DNA from: a virus
Lineage: Duplodnaviria; Caudoviricetes
IMG/VR virus record: IMGVR_UViG_3300005747_000096
Span: 1-53,443 of that record
Length of the DNA stretch: 53,443 bases
Direction: 5' to 3' (one strand)
Positions 27,616-37,950 of this stretch are shown here, piece after piece. Below the pieces are notes generated by a model. The model did not search any database. It was not told where the DNA came from and was given only the letters and a program-made list of their open reading frames with translations. Position 1 is the stretch's first letter, and every line of letters begins with the position of its first letter. Both the position numbers and the translations under genes were made by a program.

Positions 27616-28387
27616 TTATCGTGAACAGGTAGAATGGGTTAAAACCTTATCAATCAAAGAAGGCAGTCGGATAACAACCGACTGTCCATTTTGTGGTGGT
27701 AAGAACAAATTCACGCTAGATAAATTTGATGGTAAGCTTGTATGGAATTGTTATAGAGCATCCTGCAATGTTAAAGGCGCACATTCAGGTGAGCGTAATC
27801 TTGATGCGGTAAAGGCTAGACTATCTGGTTCTGCTATCAAGAGACATAAGCCTGAACCTAAACCTATTCCAACAATCACAACGAATGTATCAAACAGTGA
27901 TACAGCTTTAGCTTACCTTAAAAAGGTTAATAGTTATGATGCATATCTTAGAGGCGATATAAAGATTCGCTATGCCCCTAAAGAAAGTCGGGTACTCTTC
28001 TATAACAAAGACAATACAGGCGCTGTAGGACGCTCTATGAGGCCTGTTCGTGCTAAGTGGTGGAGTTATGGAGAACTATCTAAAGGCATACATGTAGGTA
28101 ATGGTGATCACGCAATCCTGGTTGAAGATGTAGCTTCTGCATGTGCGGTATCAAACGTAACAGGTCTAACTGGTGTTGCGCTATTAGGTACGAGCATTAC
28201 TAAAAGCATTAAAAGAGCAATTAGTAAGTATAAAAAAGTAACATTAGTTCTTGACAATGACGCAAGTGCTAAGGCAGTATCTCTAATGGGCGTACTTGGA
28301 TATCGTTCTCAGGTACGACTTACTGTGGTAGATCTAAAGTATCTATCCCCCGACAAGATAAGAGAGGTAATTGAATATGAAATTTAA
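27593..28387 (+). CDS. DNA primase (zinc finger + TOPRIM)
   Basis: 'CPFCGG..WNCYRASC', 'LVEDVASA', 'VALLGT', 'LDNDA'. Confidence 0.88.
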   Translation: MGITSMSSYREQVEWVKTLSIKEGSRITTDCPFCGGKNKFTLDKFDGKLVWNCYRASCNVKGAHSGERNLDAVKARLSGSAIKRHKPEPKPIPTITTNVSNSDTALAYLKKVNSYDAYLRGDIKIRYAPKESRVLFYNKDNTGAVGRSMRPVRAKWWSYGELSKGIHVGNGDHAILVEDVASACAVSNVTGLTGVALLGTSITKSIKRAISKYKKVTLVLDNDASAKAVSLMGVLGYRSQVRLTVVDLKYLSPDKIREVIEYEI

Positions 28388-28583
28388 AGTAATTGGTTTA
28401 AACCTACCTCACATGAAGCTTGTCGAACATAATTGGACGGGATCGTACCTGCTAAAGCCTTATGGCGCTCATTATCGAAGATCACTGCGTCTGCTGAGCA
28501 AAAGGGTACTTAAACGCTCGGCTGATTGGACAGGATCAAGTGTATGGGGCAGCCCTGTAGTTTGCTTAGCACCTCCAGCTTGA
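28371..28583 (+). CDS. Hypothetical protein
   Basis: GAGG RBS; overlaps primase end. Confidence 0.45.
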   Translation: MNMKFKVIGLNLPHMKLVEHNWTGSYLLKPYGAHYRRSLRLLSKRVLKRSADWTGSSVWGSPVVCLAPPA

Positions 28584-28681
28584 ATACATGAAATTTTTAA
28601 TATAGGCGCAGGCAATCGGCTGCGATAAAAAGTATTCGTCTATGTCGCCAGTACAGACGTTAAAGTTCAGGGAATGGTATA

Positions 28682-28885
28682 ATGAAAGCTAGAGGAATTG
28701 TAGTAATAGACTACGATATTGAGGGTGGTTTCCTAGAAGCTGCAGAAGAGCAACAGAAACTGCAAGAAGCTATCGCTTCAATCGTGAAAGGCAACAAGCG
28801 TGTTGTATTTCACCAAGTGGATATGAAAGAGCGCAGAGGTGATCAAACCCCTGACATCAAGTCCATGAAGTTTAGGAACAGCTAA
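28682..28885 (+). CDS. Small conserved protein
   Basis: 67 aa, own terminator downstream. Confidence 0.7.
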   Translation: MKARGIVVIDYDIEGGFLEAAEEQQKLQEAIASIVKGNKRVVFHQVDMKERRGDQTPDIKSMKFRNS

Positions 28886-28918
28886 CACCCTGTTTTAGAA
28901 CAGTTTTAAAAGAAAGAT

Positions 28919-28947
28919 GCCCTGATCGAAAGATTGGGGCTTTTTTT
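28919..28947 (+). terminator. Intrinsic terminator
   Basis: GCCCTGATC-GAAA-GATTGGGGC-T7. Confidence 0.8.
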
Positions 28948-29006
28948 ATGTTCAAATACTGCTATATCTCTGCCCCTAACTATGCCACAGAGCAAGGGAG
29001 AGCAGA

Positions 29007-30227
29007 ATGGAAATACAATTATTAAAAACATTATTAACTAAAGACTGTTACAACAGCACAAAGCCCCGGCTAAGAAGATCAATATTTTCAGATGAAACGG
29101 GAAGCCTATACAATCTTCTAGGCGAAACCCACAGTAAGTATGATACAGATATAACCCCAGACGATCTCTACGGAATCTGGTTATCTGAAAACCCTGTCGC
29201 CACTACTTCAGAGATTGGTGATTTTCGTGATACAATTGATGAACTCAAGTATGCAGATCCTATCACCCCTGACATAGCTACAGACATCATTGAGAACCTA
29301 TGGCGGCGTGAGATAGGCAGAGATATTGCCAATCTTGGGCTGAATATGTCTGCGGGTGACCTGTCAGCTATGACACGCCTGCAGTCATTACTTGAGCGCA
29401 CCAAGGACAGCTATATGCCTGACAACTTTGGTGAACCAACTACTGACGATATTTATGAACTACTAGCGGAAACCTCAGATGAAAACCGTTATAAGTTTAA
29501 CATCGAAACGCTTGCCCGTAACGTCTATGGAATTGGGCCATCAGAATTTGGGATAGTGTTTGCCCGTCCTGAAACAGGTAAGTCAGCTTTTGTTATCAGT
29601 ATCGTTGCAGGCCCTGGCGGCTTTTGCCAACAAGGCGCTACTGTCCTTTACTTAGGCAACGAAGAGAAAACCACCCGTACTAAACTGAGGGCAATACAAG
29701 CCTGTTCAGGTATGACCCGTGAGCAGATAGCCGACAATCCTGATCTGGCTATGAGTAAATACCTGTCGATCAAAGACCGCCTGATAATGAAAGATGTTCA
29801 GGAGTGGGATCTGGATACGATCAACTCTTATTGCGAGAAGATTAATCCTGATATTATCGTCGTAGACCAAGCGGATAAAATTAATATTTCTGGTAACTAC
29901 AACGCCAGCCATGAACGTATTCGTGAATTATATCGGTCACTACGGGAACTAGCAAAGCGTCACGATGCTGCCCTGCTAGGTGTAAGCCAAGCGTCTGCAG
30001 ATGCAGAAGGACGTACCCGCATCGACTTCTCTATGCTTGAGGGTTCGAAGACAGGCAAGGCTGCAGAGGCAGACCTTATCATAGGTATTGGTAAGCATAA
30101 TGGTGATGGTGACGATAACTCACCTAACCATGATCGTTTTCTAAACATCAGCAAGAACAAACTCAGCGGATATCACGGCTGCGTTCAATGCGTAATTTTA
30201 CCAGAGGTGAGCCGCTATGCTGAGTGA
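29007..30227 (+). CDS. DnaB-like replicative helicase
   Basis: 'ARPETGKS', 'YLGNEE', 'IVVDQAD', 'VSQAS', 'KAAEADLIIGIG', 'SKNK'. Confidence 0.92.
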   Translation: MEIQLLKTLLTKDCYNSTKPRLRRSIFSDETGSLYNLLGETHSKYDTDITPDDLYGIWLSENPVATTSEIGDFRDTIDELKYADPITPDIATDIIENLWRREIGRDIANLGLNMSAGDLSAMTRLQSLLERTKDSYMPDNFGEPTTDDIYELLAETSDENRYKFNIETLARNVYGIGPSEFGIVFARPETGKSAFVISIVAGPGGFCQQGATVLYLGNEEKTTRTKLRAIQACSGMTREQIADNPDLAMSKYLSIKDRLIMKDVQEWDLDTINSYCEKINPDIIVVDQADKINISGNYNASHERIRELYRSLRELAKRHDAALLGVSQASADAEGRTRIDFSMLEGSKTGKAAEADLIIGIGKHNGDGDDNSPNHDRFLNISKNKLSGYHGCVQCVILPEVSRYAE

Positions 30228-30396
30228 AGATGATTTAAAAGAATTCTATGAACTACTTGAGAAGAATAAAGCTGAGTACAAGAAAACCTCATCCCCTGAG
30301 ATTAAGGATCTGTTGGATGAACAGTTTGATCTAATCAACGCTTTTATTCTCAATCAAACTAAGATTGCCGCAAAGCTGGCAGGCTTTAAAGTATGA
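30217..30396 (+). CDS. Small helical protein (59 aa, not in ORF track)
   Basis: MLSEDDLKEFYELLEKNKAEYKKT...LAGFKV; GAGG RBS; ATGA-coupled to Pol. Confidence 0.65.
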   Translation: MLSEDDLKEFYELLEKNKAEYKKTSSPEIKDLLDEQFDLINAFILNQTKIAAKLAGFKV

Positions 30397-32531
30397 GAGT
30401 CTTAGTACTCGACTTAGAAACCACCGTTAAGAAAATCGAGGGCAAGATTGATAACAGCCCTTTCAATCCACAGAATAAGTGTGTCTCAGCGCACTTTGGT
30501 TTTCTTGGGTGGGATACGGTAGACGAGGTGACTAACCTTGTCTTCCATCATAATGAAATAGAAACTCCTGATAGCCGTAAGGCGTTAGAACATTCGTTAG
30601 AACAGGCTGACGTGCTAGTAGCACACAACGCCAAGTTTGATGTTGCTTGGCTTATTGCAATGGGCTTCGACATACCAGAAACCGTATTCTGCACGATGCT
30701 TTGCGAATATGTACTGGCAAAAGGCCAGAGGCAGGAACTATCGCTTAAAGCTACAGCGGAACGCAGGGATGTAACCCGCAAGAAATCAGATCTTGTAGAT
30801 GAACTCTTTAAGAGTGGTACGGGCTTTGAGGCAATGCCTTTGGATACTGTACTGGAGTATGCAGAAGCGGATGTTATTTCCTGCGCTGAGATATATCTGG
30901 CCCAACAGAATGACCTAGCCCATGAAAGCAACCAATCGTTAAAGGAAACGATTAAGCTTACAAACGAAATGCTTCTTTTTCTTGTAGAGATAGAAGGTAA
31001 TGGCATCAAAGTGGATCTGGATGTACTTGCAGGGATCAAAGAAGAGTTTCTTGCAGAGCAAACGGAATTAACCAAGCGGCTTGAAGAAATTGTTGAGCAA
31101 GTGATGGGTGATACCGTCATAAATCTTAACAGTGGGCAGGATATGACACGGGTTGTATATAGCCGTGAGGTCATTGATCGTGATGATCACCAACAGGTCT
31201 GGAATATCGGTACAGACAGCAACAACAAGCCCTTGTTTCCACCCAGAATGAACAGATCACAGTTTAACGCTGCGGTAAGGGCTACTACACGGGTTGTATA
31301 TAAAACCAATGCTATTTGTTGTGATGCCTGTGATGGTAGGGCGTATATACAGAAGTATAAACAGAAAACCCGCCAAAAGAACGGTAAGAAGTATCGTGTT
31401 CAAGGCGAACCCTACAAGAATCTGTCTAAATGCCCTTCCTGTGCGGGTGTTGGCGCATTCTATCAGCCTAATGGCAAGGTAGCAGGCTTACGTCTTAACC
31501 CAACCATGCCCTCTGATGCTTCTATCAATGGATTTAAGACCGACAAGGTTACCATCCAGCGTTTAATCTCGCAGGCAGAGGCCAAGGGCAATGATACCGC
31601 CGTTGAGTTCCTGACTAAGAGCAGTAGGCTTAACGCAGTCAGTGTGTATCTGGATTCTTTCGTTAAGGGCTTTGAAAATTGGACACGGGCAGATGGAATT
31701 CTGCATACCAATTTTACTCAGCATGTCACGGCAACAGGCCGACTATCTAGTACTTCTCCAAATATGCAGAACGCCCCAAAGCGGGGTTTTCCTGTGCGTA
31801 AGGCTGTCGTTAGTAGATTTGAAAACGGAATCATCGTTGAAAGTGATTTCAGTTCTGTTGAATTCGTTTTGGCTGGGGAATTATCCCGTGACCCCCAGAT
31901 CATATCTGATGTTAAGACAGGCAAGGATCTACACAAACAGACTGCATCTATCATCTACCAATGTAGTGAAGATGAAGTGACAAAAGACCGCCGCCAGGCG
32001 TCTAAGAAATTCAGTTTTGCGCCAATTTATGGAGGATTGGGCGCTGGAGAGGCAGATCACGTCCGATCATATTTTTCAACTTTTTTTGAGATTTATGAAG
32101 GTCTGGGTGCGTATCACCGCAGGCTTGCAGATGGCGTTTTAAAGAATGGTATTGTGCAGATCCCATCAGGCAGACAGTTCTTTTGGCCTAACGTAGTTCG
32201 TAAGCGTGGGGGCCGTACCAGCCACTACACACAGATCGTAAATTACCCTGTGCAATCTTCTGCGGCAGATTTGATGCTACTGTCCTGTGTTCGTGCGCTT
32301 CGCAAGTTCAGAGAACTTAACCTACGTTCTAAACTGATACTCACCGTCCATGACTCAATTGTCTCAGATGTCTATCCCGGCGAACTTGAGAAAGTCAAAG
32401 AAGCCCTGACATGGGCTATGGTGGAAGTAACCAAAGAGGCTGAACAGCGCTGGAATTACACCTTCGCTCTGCCCTTAGAAATAGAAATATCAGGCGGCAA
32501 AAACTGGCTAGATCAAGTCGAATATGATTGA
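30393..32531 (+). CDS. polA: Family A DNA polymerase with DnaJ-type zinc-finger insert
   Basis: Exo 'LDLET', 'HNAKFD'; 'CDACDGRA...CPSCAGVG'; 'TGRLSS', motif A 'SDFSSVE', motif B 'RQASKKFSFAPIYG', motif C 'TVHDS'. Confidence 0.95.
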   Translation: MRVLVLDLETTVKKIEGKIDNSPFNPQNKCVSAHFGFLGWDTVDEVTNLVFHHNEIETPDSRKALEHSLEQADVLVAHNAKFDVAWLIAMGFDIPETVFCTMLCEYVLAKGQRQELSLKATAERRDVTRKKSDLVDELFKSGTGFEAMPLDTVLEYAEADVISCAEIYLAQQNDLAHESNQSLKETIKLTNEMLLFLVEIEGNGIKVDLDVLAGIKEEFLAEQTELTKRLEEIVEQVMGDTVINLNSGQDMTRVVYSREVIDRDDHQQVWNIGTDSNNKPLFPPRMNRSQFNAAVRATTRVVYKTNAICCDACDGRAYIQKYKQKTRQKNGKKYRVQGEPYKNLSKCPSCAGVGAFYQPNGKVAGLRLNPTMPSDASINGFKTDKVTIQRLISQAEAKGNDTAVEFLTKSSRLNAVSVYLDSFVKGFENWTRADGILHTNFTQHVTATGRLSSTSPNMQNAPKRGFPVRKAVVSRFENGIIVESDFSSVEFVLAGELSRDPQIISDVKTGKDLHKQTASIIYQCSEDEVTKDRRQASKKFSFAPIYGGLGAGEADHVRSYFSTFFEIYEGLGAYHRRLADGVLKNGIVQIPSGRQFFWPNVVRKRGGRTSHYTQIVNYPVQSSAADLMLLSCVRALRKFRELNLRSKLILTVHDSIVSDVYPGELEKVKEALTWAMVEVTKEAEQRWNYTFALPLEIEISGGKNWLDQVEYD

Positions 32532-32585
32532 CTTGTGCCACTTAGTTGTGCCACAATATAACTTCCAATAAAGAAAGGTTCTTAG

Positions 32586-33416
32586 ATGAACGATATAACA
32601 ACAGTTGATAACATTGAGTTAGAGCAATTTTCCGACATTTTAGGCTCCGCAAGTAGCGGGGATTCTGGTGACGGTCTTATTCGTGTACCAAAATTTGATC
32701 ACCAGCATTCACCAGATGATGATGATGGAAACGTAATGCCCCGTGGTGAGTTTCGGCTTCATATGCCCGAAGGGATTGTCTACGCAAAGAAGCCTTTATT
32801 CAGGCCTCTTATGGCCCACATTCAGTATTATCTGTGGGAAGACGATAAGCTTACCAAATCACTGGTCTGTAATAATTTGCGGGATGAAGCCCGTGATACG
32901 GCTGGCGGTATAGCGTGTGGAATGCCTGAGTGGGAAGTTCGTGCCGAAGATAAAGAATTACGGCAGAAATACAAAGACTGCCAACGGCGTGTGGTTCGTG
33001 GATTGGTTACGATGGACGGTCATACTTTAGACGGTTCGCCTGTTAAAATTGAAAACCAACCAGCTATTTACTTTGGCAAAGGCAGCACGAATTACGGCGG
33101 GTTTTTTAATGAGTATATGAAGCTTTTGCCTAAACACGCAAATCTTCACGACTACCAATCTGAAATGTCTACTGAGCGCATGAAAGTTGGTGAAACAGTA
33201 TTCTTTAAGATCCACTGGAAGCCGCTTCTTAACAACAAGCTTGCGCTTGATCGTGATGCTTTTGAAACAATGAAGGTTTTTGCACAAACCATTCGTGACG
33301 AAAACAAATACATCGATAAAGAACACTTTGCGAAGATGAAGCAGGGCAGCATCGATACCAAGGCCATCAAAGCTTTGGGTGAAAGCCTTGACGATGATTT
33401 TGAAGACGTAGCATGA
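32586..33416 (+). CDS. Probable single-stranded DNA-binding protein
   Basis: Position after Pol; acidic tail 'LDDDFEDVA'; own promoter (TTGACT at 32528). Confidence 0.6.
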   Translation: MNDITTVDNIELEQFSDILGSASSGDSGDGLIRVPKFDHQHSPDDDDGNVMPRGEFRLHMPEGIVYAKKPLFRPLMAHIQYYLWEDDKLTKSLVCNNLRDEARDTAGGIACGMPEWEVRAEDKELRQKYKDCQRRVVRGLVTMDGHTLDGSPVKIENQPAIYFGKGSTNYGGFFNEYMKLLPKHANLHDYQSEMSTERMKVGETVFFKIHWKPLLNNKLALDRDAFETMKVFAQTIRDENKYIDKEHFAKMKQGSIDTKAIKALGESLDDDFEDVA

Positions 33417-34282
33417 GCCTGCAGGCTGACATACATAAGGTCTTAGACCAGCTATCTAACAACGAAGGCGATACGCTGGATATTGATGATAGCTGGATCG
33501 AAGATGCGGGTGAGGCATTCAAAGATGCCTTACGCCGACAGTTTGCCAAGCGTGAGGATGAAGACTTTCGTCTTCGTATGTCCAACATTGGTAAACCCTT
33601 GTGCCAGCTACAGATGGCTAAAAGCGGCGCTAAGAAGGAACGCAAAGACTACAACTTCATTATGCGGATGCTGCACGGTGATGCCGTTGAATGCATAATG
33701 GATGTGATCCTTAAAATCGCCAAAGCCAACATCACGGGTAGTAAAGATAAGGTGGTACTGGAGTTAGAAGGTACAACCGTTAAGGGTGAAGATGATGTTG
33801 AGATAGACAATAAAGTCTATGACATCAAAACATGCTCTCCCTTTGCCTTTGAACGCAAGTGGAAGATGGGGCTACCTGCCTTAAAAGCTAATGATGACTT
33901 TGGTTATGTTGGTCAGCTAGTTGGTTATTCAGAAGCCAAAAGTAAGAAGGCAGGCGGCTGGATTGTAGTGTGCAAAAGCACTGGACAGGTTCTGGTGATG
34001 GATGCCGATTTTTCTAAAGATGAAAAAGATACAGTCCTGCAAGAAATGCAGATGAAGGCCACTGCTCTTAAAGAAGATTGGTCGTTTGATAGGTGTTTTG
34101 AGCCTGTCGATGATTTCTTCAATAAGAAATATACGGGTTCTAAAAAGCTACCAACTTCATGTAACTGGTGTGATTTTAAAAAGTCATGCTGGCCTAAAGC
34201 ACAGTTACTTCCACAACCAAACTCTTGGGCAAAGCAGCCTAAAAAGAATTGGTATGTCCAATACAAGGGCATGGAACTCTGA
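33413..34282 (+). CDS. PD-(D/E)XK (Cas4-like) exonuclease
   Basis: 'RMSNIGKPLCQL', 'GEDD..YDIKT', 'GYVGQL..Y', 'CNWCDFKKSCW'. Confidence 0.85.
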   Translation: MSLQADIHKVLDQLSNNEGDTLDIDDSWIEDAGEAFKDALRRQFAKREDEDFRLRMSNIGKPLCQLQMAKSGAKKERKDYNFIMRMLHGDAVECIMDVILKIAKANITGSKDKVVLELEGTTVKGEDDVEIDNKVYDIKTCSPFAFERKWKMGLPALKANDDFGYVGQLVGYSEAKSKKAGGWIVVCKSTGQVLVMDADFSKDEKDTVLQEMQMKATALKEDWSFDRCFEPVDDFFNKKYTGSKKLPTSCNWCDFKKSCWPKAQLLPQPNSWAKQPKKNWYVQYKGMEL

Positions 34283-34636
34283 ATGCCAATAACCCCGCAG
34301 TCTGCGAAAGCAAAAGGTCGCCGCCTGCAACAATGGGTGAGAGACAGGCTCTACTCCACTTTCCCTAAGTTAGAAGACGGAGACATTCGCTCGACTAGCA
34401 TGGGGGCTTCTGGCGAAGACCTGTTGTTCTCACCTGCCGCAAGACGCTGCTTTCCATACTCAGTGGAATGCAAAAACAATAAAAGTAATGCGATTTATAA
34501 AGTGATGGAACAGGCCATCAGCAACTGCCCCAAGGGCGCTACTCCACTAGCCATAATTAAGGCTGACCAGAAGAAGCCCTTGGCGGTTGTGGACGCAGAT
34601 CACTTTTTCAAATTGGCAAAAAGGAATAAAAAATGA
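34283..34636 (+). CDS. Holliday junction resolvase-like endonuclease
   Basis: 'SAKAKGRRLQ', 'MGASGEDL', 'SVECKN'. Confidence 0.82.
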   Translation: MPITPQSAKAKGRRLQQWVRDRLYSTFPKLEDGDIRSTSMGASGEDLLFSPAARRCFPYSVECKNNKSNAIYKVMEQAISNCPKGATPLAIIKADQKKPLAVVDADHFFKLAKRNKK

Positions 34637-34953
34637 ATTCTAAATATCTTCCCAAAAATTCAGTCTCTTTGGTTGTATCTTTGGATGATGAAGGCCTTCC
34701 TGTTGTTGATGCGTATTCCAACCTTACAGATGAACAGACAGAAGATGAAAACACCTTTCTGGCCCTGTTACTTAAAGGCTTAGAGTTCAATGCCTATGCA
34801 GGCGGTAACCTGTTAGCGTCTATCGGTAACATCATGGCAATCCTAGATAAGTACGAAGAAAGCGATCTAGAATTTGAGCCTGACGAAGAACTTGTAGAGA
34901 AGCTTCAAGACGCAAAAATCATCCCTATCAACGGCAAGCAGAGGCCAAACTGA
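34633..34953 (+). CDS. Acidic hypothetical protein
   Basis: 106 aa, coupled within the operon. Confidence 0.7.
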   Translation: MNSKYLPKNSVSLVVSLDDEGLPVVDAYSNLTDEQTEDENTFLALLLKGLEFNAYAGGNLLASIGNIMAILDKYEESDLEFEPDEELVEKLQDAKIIPINGKQRPN

Positions 34954-35258
34954 TGGGTATGGATGATACTTGGTATGATCTTAACGAAGATCCAAACCCT
35001 AAATACGACATCACCCATGATCGGAAAAAGGTGGCATCAGATGGGCTGTCTACTTCTTATTATCAGATCCCTCAACATGCCACTGAACTGCGTCATTTGA
35101 TTAGCCACAAGGGCATGTCTAAGAGCCGTGGAGACATCTTTAAGGCTTGCTACAGGCTGGGAGAAAAGCAGGGCACGGACACGCTCTATGATCTCAACAA
35201 GATGAAATTCTTCATCGAAGATCTCATCGAAATGCATCAACGGGGAGAACACTTATGA
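34953..35258 (+). CDS. DUF3310-like protein
   Basis: 'SYYQIP', 'DIFKACYRLGEK', 'YDLNK'. Confidence 0.6.
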   Translation: MGMDDTWYDLNEDPNPKYDITHDRKKVASDGLSTSYYQIPQHATELRHLISHKGMSKSRGDIFKACYRLGEKQGTDTLYDLNKMKFFIEDLIEMHQRGEHL

Positions 35259-35581
35259 ACATGCAAGACTATCAAACACAGGCCTCTAAAACCGCAATCT
35301 ACAACGATGCGGATATCATCATTTATCCAGCATTGGGTATGTTGAGCGAGGCAGGTGAAGTTGCAGGTAAAATTAAAAAAGTACTGCGTGATAAAAACGG
35401 AAACTTTGATCCCGTTGAGCGGCAGAAGATTTCCGAAGAAGTGGGTGACGTGCTTTGGTACATTGCTGCACTTTGCACCGATTTAGATATCGGCATGGAA
35501 ACCATTGCCCAGCGCAACCTAGATAAACTCAACAGCCGTATGGCCCGTGGAGTTATTTCAGGCAGCGGTGATCACAGGTGA
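35255..35581 (+). CDS. mazG: MazG-like nucleotide pyrophosphohydrolase
   Basis: 'LGMLSEAGEVAGKIKK', 'EEVGDVLWY', 'NLDKLNSR..GSGD'. Confidence 0.9.
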   Translation: MNMQDYQTQASKTAIYNDADIIIYPALGMLSEAGEVAGKIKKVLRDKNGNFDPVERQKISEEVGDVLWYIAALCTDLDIGMETIAQRNLDKLNSRMARGVISGSGDHR

Positions 35582-35775
35582 AGTCTTATAGGGATCAGAC
35601 ATTCTGTGAGTGCGACTGCACAAACATGATCTGTCACCTCTATTACGACACAGGCGTATTACAGGACGCCAAAGATGCGGGATTGCCCATCATTACATCG
35701 GATCAGTCCAAAGGCTGTTCCTCTTATTTAAAACCAAAAACAGTACAAGAAATCGGGAGCCACAATGAGCAGTAA
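35578..35775 (+). CDS. Small Cys-rich protein
   Basis: 'DQTFCECDCTNMIC'; overlaps both neighbours. Confidence 0.55.
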   Translation: MKSYRDQTFCECDCTNMICHLYYDTGVLQDAKDAGLPIITSDQSKGCSSYLKPKTVQEIGSHNEQ

Positions 35776-37759
35776 TCAACAAACCTTTTCAACCCGTGCC
35801 AACGTAATTACACGCCGCACCTACAACCGCCCTTTGAACGACGAAGGCACAATATTTGAGACATGGGAGCAGACAGTTGCCCGTGTGATTGACCACCAGA
35901 AGTGGCTATGGGAACGTGCTAAAGGCAGCACCTTAGTTGAATCTGAATTGTCAGAACTTGAGGAACTTCGTGACCTAATGGTCAACCGCCAAGCTACCGT
36001 ATCAGGACGTACCCTTTGGTTAGGCGGTACGGACGTAGCCAAAAACCGTGAGGCCTCTCAGTTCAATTGCAGCTTTGGGCGCTCTGAAACTGTGCATGAT
36101 ATTGTGGATCAGTTCTGGCTTCTCCTACAGGGCTGTGGGGTAGGCTTTGAGCCTGTTCGTGGAACACTAAACGGGTTTGCAAAGCCTGTAGAGGTTGAGG
36201 TCATTAGATCCACCCGAACAGAGCGTGGAATTGAGGGTAACCAAGAGAAAACATACATCAGTGATGATGGAAAAAAAGTACATCAAATAACTGTGGGTGA
36301 TAGTGCAGAGGCTTGGGCTAAAAGCATAGGTAAAGTCTTGGCGCTTAAAAAGCCAATTGATACTCTGATTTTAGACTTCTCAGAAATACGCCCTGCGGGT
36401 GAACGCCTAAAAGGTTACGGCTGGATTTCGTCGGGTGATGATACAATCAGCGTTGCCTTTGTTAAAATATGCGGCATCCTAAATAAACGTGCAGGTAAAC
36501 TTCTCACTCGCATCGATATCCTAGACATCCTGAATCACTTAGGAACTACACTATCATCACGCCGAAGTGCTGAGATTGCTCTGATGCCAATTGATGATCC
36601 AGAGATTGATGAATTTATTGTAGCTAAGAAAGATTTCTGGGAACACGGAAACGAACACCGCCAGCAATCAAATAACTCAATTGTATTCCATTCTAAGCCA
36701 ACTAAATGGGAATTGTCCTACATCTTTGACCGCATGGTTGAGGCTGGTGGAAGTGAACCAGGATTTGTTAATGCAGAAGCTGCAAAGCGTAGAGCGCCCT
36801 ATTTTAAAGGGGGAAACCCATGTTTTGAAATACTTTTAGGAAATAAGAGTTTTTGCAACCTAGTTGAGTGTGATCTAGGCAAGTTTCTGTCAGATACCCC
36901 TGCTTTAGAACGTGCAATGTGGGTTATCGCACGGGCAAACTATCGCCAAACCTGCGTTAATCTGGATGACGGGGTTCTACAGCGTTCATGGCACGAATTA
37001 AATGAATTTCTGCGTTTATGCGGTGTTGGATTGACGGGTATCGTGAAGTTTTTGGACTTTCATGGGCCTGAATCACCAAATAGGCTCAGAAACCTAAAGT
37101 ATCAGGCTCATACGGGCGCAAACAGCATGGCAGACACACTTGGACTGCCACGCCCACAGAATATCTGCACCGTTAAGCCAAGCGGAAGCCTCTCAAAAAT
37201 CATGGATACGACTGAGGGGGTGCATAAACCGTTAGGTAAGTATTTATTCAACAATGTAACCTTCTCCAAGCACGATCCGTTGGTTCCTGTACTTAAAGCG
37301 GCTAACTATAAAGTAGTTACAAAGCCATTTGAGCCAGACAGCGTGTTGGTTACGTTTCCTGTTGTTTATAACGATGTTAAATTCACGGAAGTTGATGGAA
37401 AATATGTAAATATCGAAACAGCCGTAAAACAGCTAGATCGATACAAAATGATGATGGATCATTATGTTGATCATAACTGTTCCGTAACCATTTCGTATGA
37501 CGTAGGTGAGATCCCTGCCATAATCGATTGGATCATGGAAAATTGGGATAGCTATGTAGGTGTTTCGTTTATCTACCGTAATGATCCTACCAAAACAGCC
37601 GAAGATCTGGGTTATGCTTATTTACCTCAAGAGGTGGTTACGCATGATGAGTATAAAACCTACTCCGATAATCTTTGGCCCGTTGATTTAGACGGTGCAA
37701 ACAGCCTTCTAGAATTAACAGAAGACGAATGTGCGACAGGTGCATGTCCAATTCGGTAA
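35765..37759 (+). CDS. nrdJ: Class II (adenosylcobalamin-dependent) ribonucleotide reductase, monomeric type
   Basis: 'SQFNCS', 'NPCFEI', 'FCNL', 'TVKPSGS', C-terminal 'CATGACPIR'; no beta-subunit gene. Confidence 0.92.
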   Translation: MSSNQQTFSTRANVITRRTYNRPLNDEGTIFETWEQTVARVIDHQKWLWERAKGSTLVESELSELEELRDLMVNRQATVSGRTLWLGGTDVAKNREASQFNCSFGRSETVHDIVDQFWLLLQGCGVGFEPVRGTLNGFAKPVEVEVIRSTRTERGIEGNQEKTYISDDGKKVHQITVGDSAEAWAKSIGKVLALKKPIDTLILDFSEIRPAGERLKGYGWISSGDDTISVAFVKICGILNKRAGKLLTRIDILDILNHLGTTLSSRRSAEIALMPIDDPEIDEFIVAKKDFWEHGNEHRQQSNNSIVFHSKPTKWELSYIFDRMVEAGGSEPGFVNAEAAKRRAPYFKGGNPCFEILLGNKSFCNLVECDLGKFLSDTPALERAMWVIARANYRQTCVNLDDGVLQRSWHELNEFLRLCGVGLTGIVKFLDFHGPESPNRLRNLKYQAHTGANSMADTLGLPRPQNICTVKPSGSLSKIMDTTEGVHKPLGKYLFNNVTFSKHDPLVPVLKAANYKVVTKPFEPDSVLVTFPVVYNDVKFTEVDGKYVNIETAVKQLDRYKMMMDHYVDHNCSVTISYDVGEIPAIIDWIMENWDSYVGVSFIYRNDPTKTAEDLGYAYLPQEVVTHDEYKTYSDNLWPVDLDGANSLLELTEDECATGACPIR

Positions 37760-37950
37760 TGCGTCATAATACATCAGATTCTCCGTTTGAGTTAGGTTAC
37801 CAAGCCTTCTTTGACGGGGAGTTTGTATGCCAGTACCGCCCTAAGTCTCACTACCACCGTGAGTGGCAGCGGGGCTTCAACAAAGCCTACTTTTACAACA
37901 GGAATACACATGTACAAAGCATTCCAATCGAAAGACTTCAACAAGTATGA
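37759..37950 (+). CDS. Small protein with RMF-like motif
   Basis: MRHNTSDSPFELGYQAFFDGEFVCQYRPKSHYHREWQRGFNKAY..; TAATG-coupled. Confidence 0.55.
   Translation: MRHNTSDSPFELGYQAFFDGEFVCQYRPKSHYHREWQRGFNKAYFYNRNTHVQSIPIERLQQV

Noticed and set aside
28584-28681. Possible riboswitch/leader upstream of the 67-aa gene
   Set aside because: Only a short hairpin and a 5-codon ORF; no recognisable aptamer consensus
31317-31454. Intein or intron in PolA
   Set aside because: No intein C/S...HN termini or frame break; the insert is the DnaJ-like zinc finger
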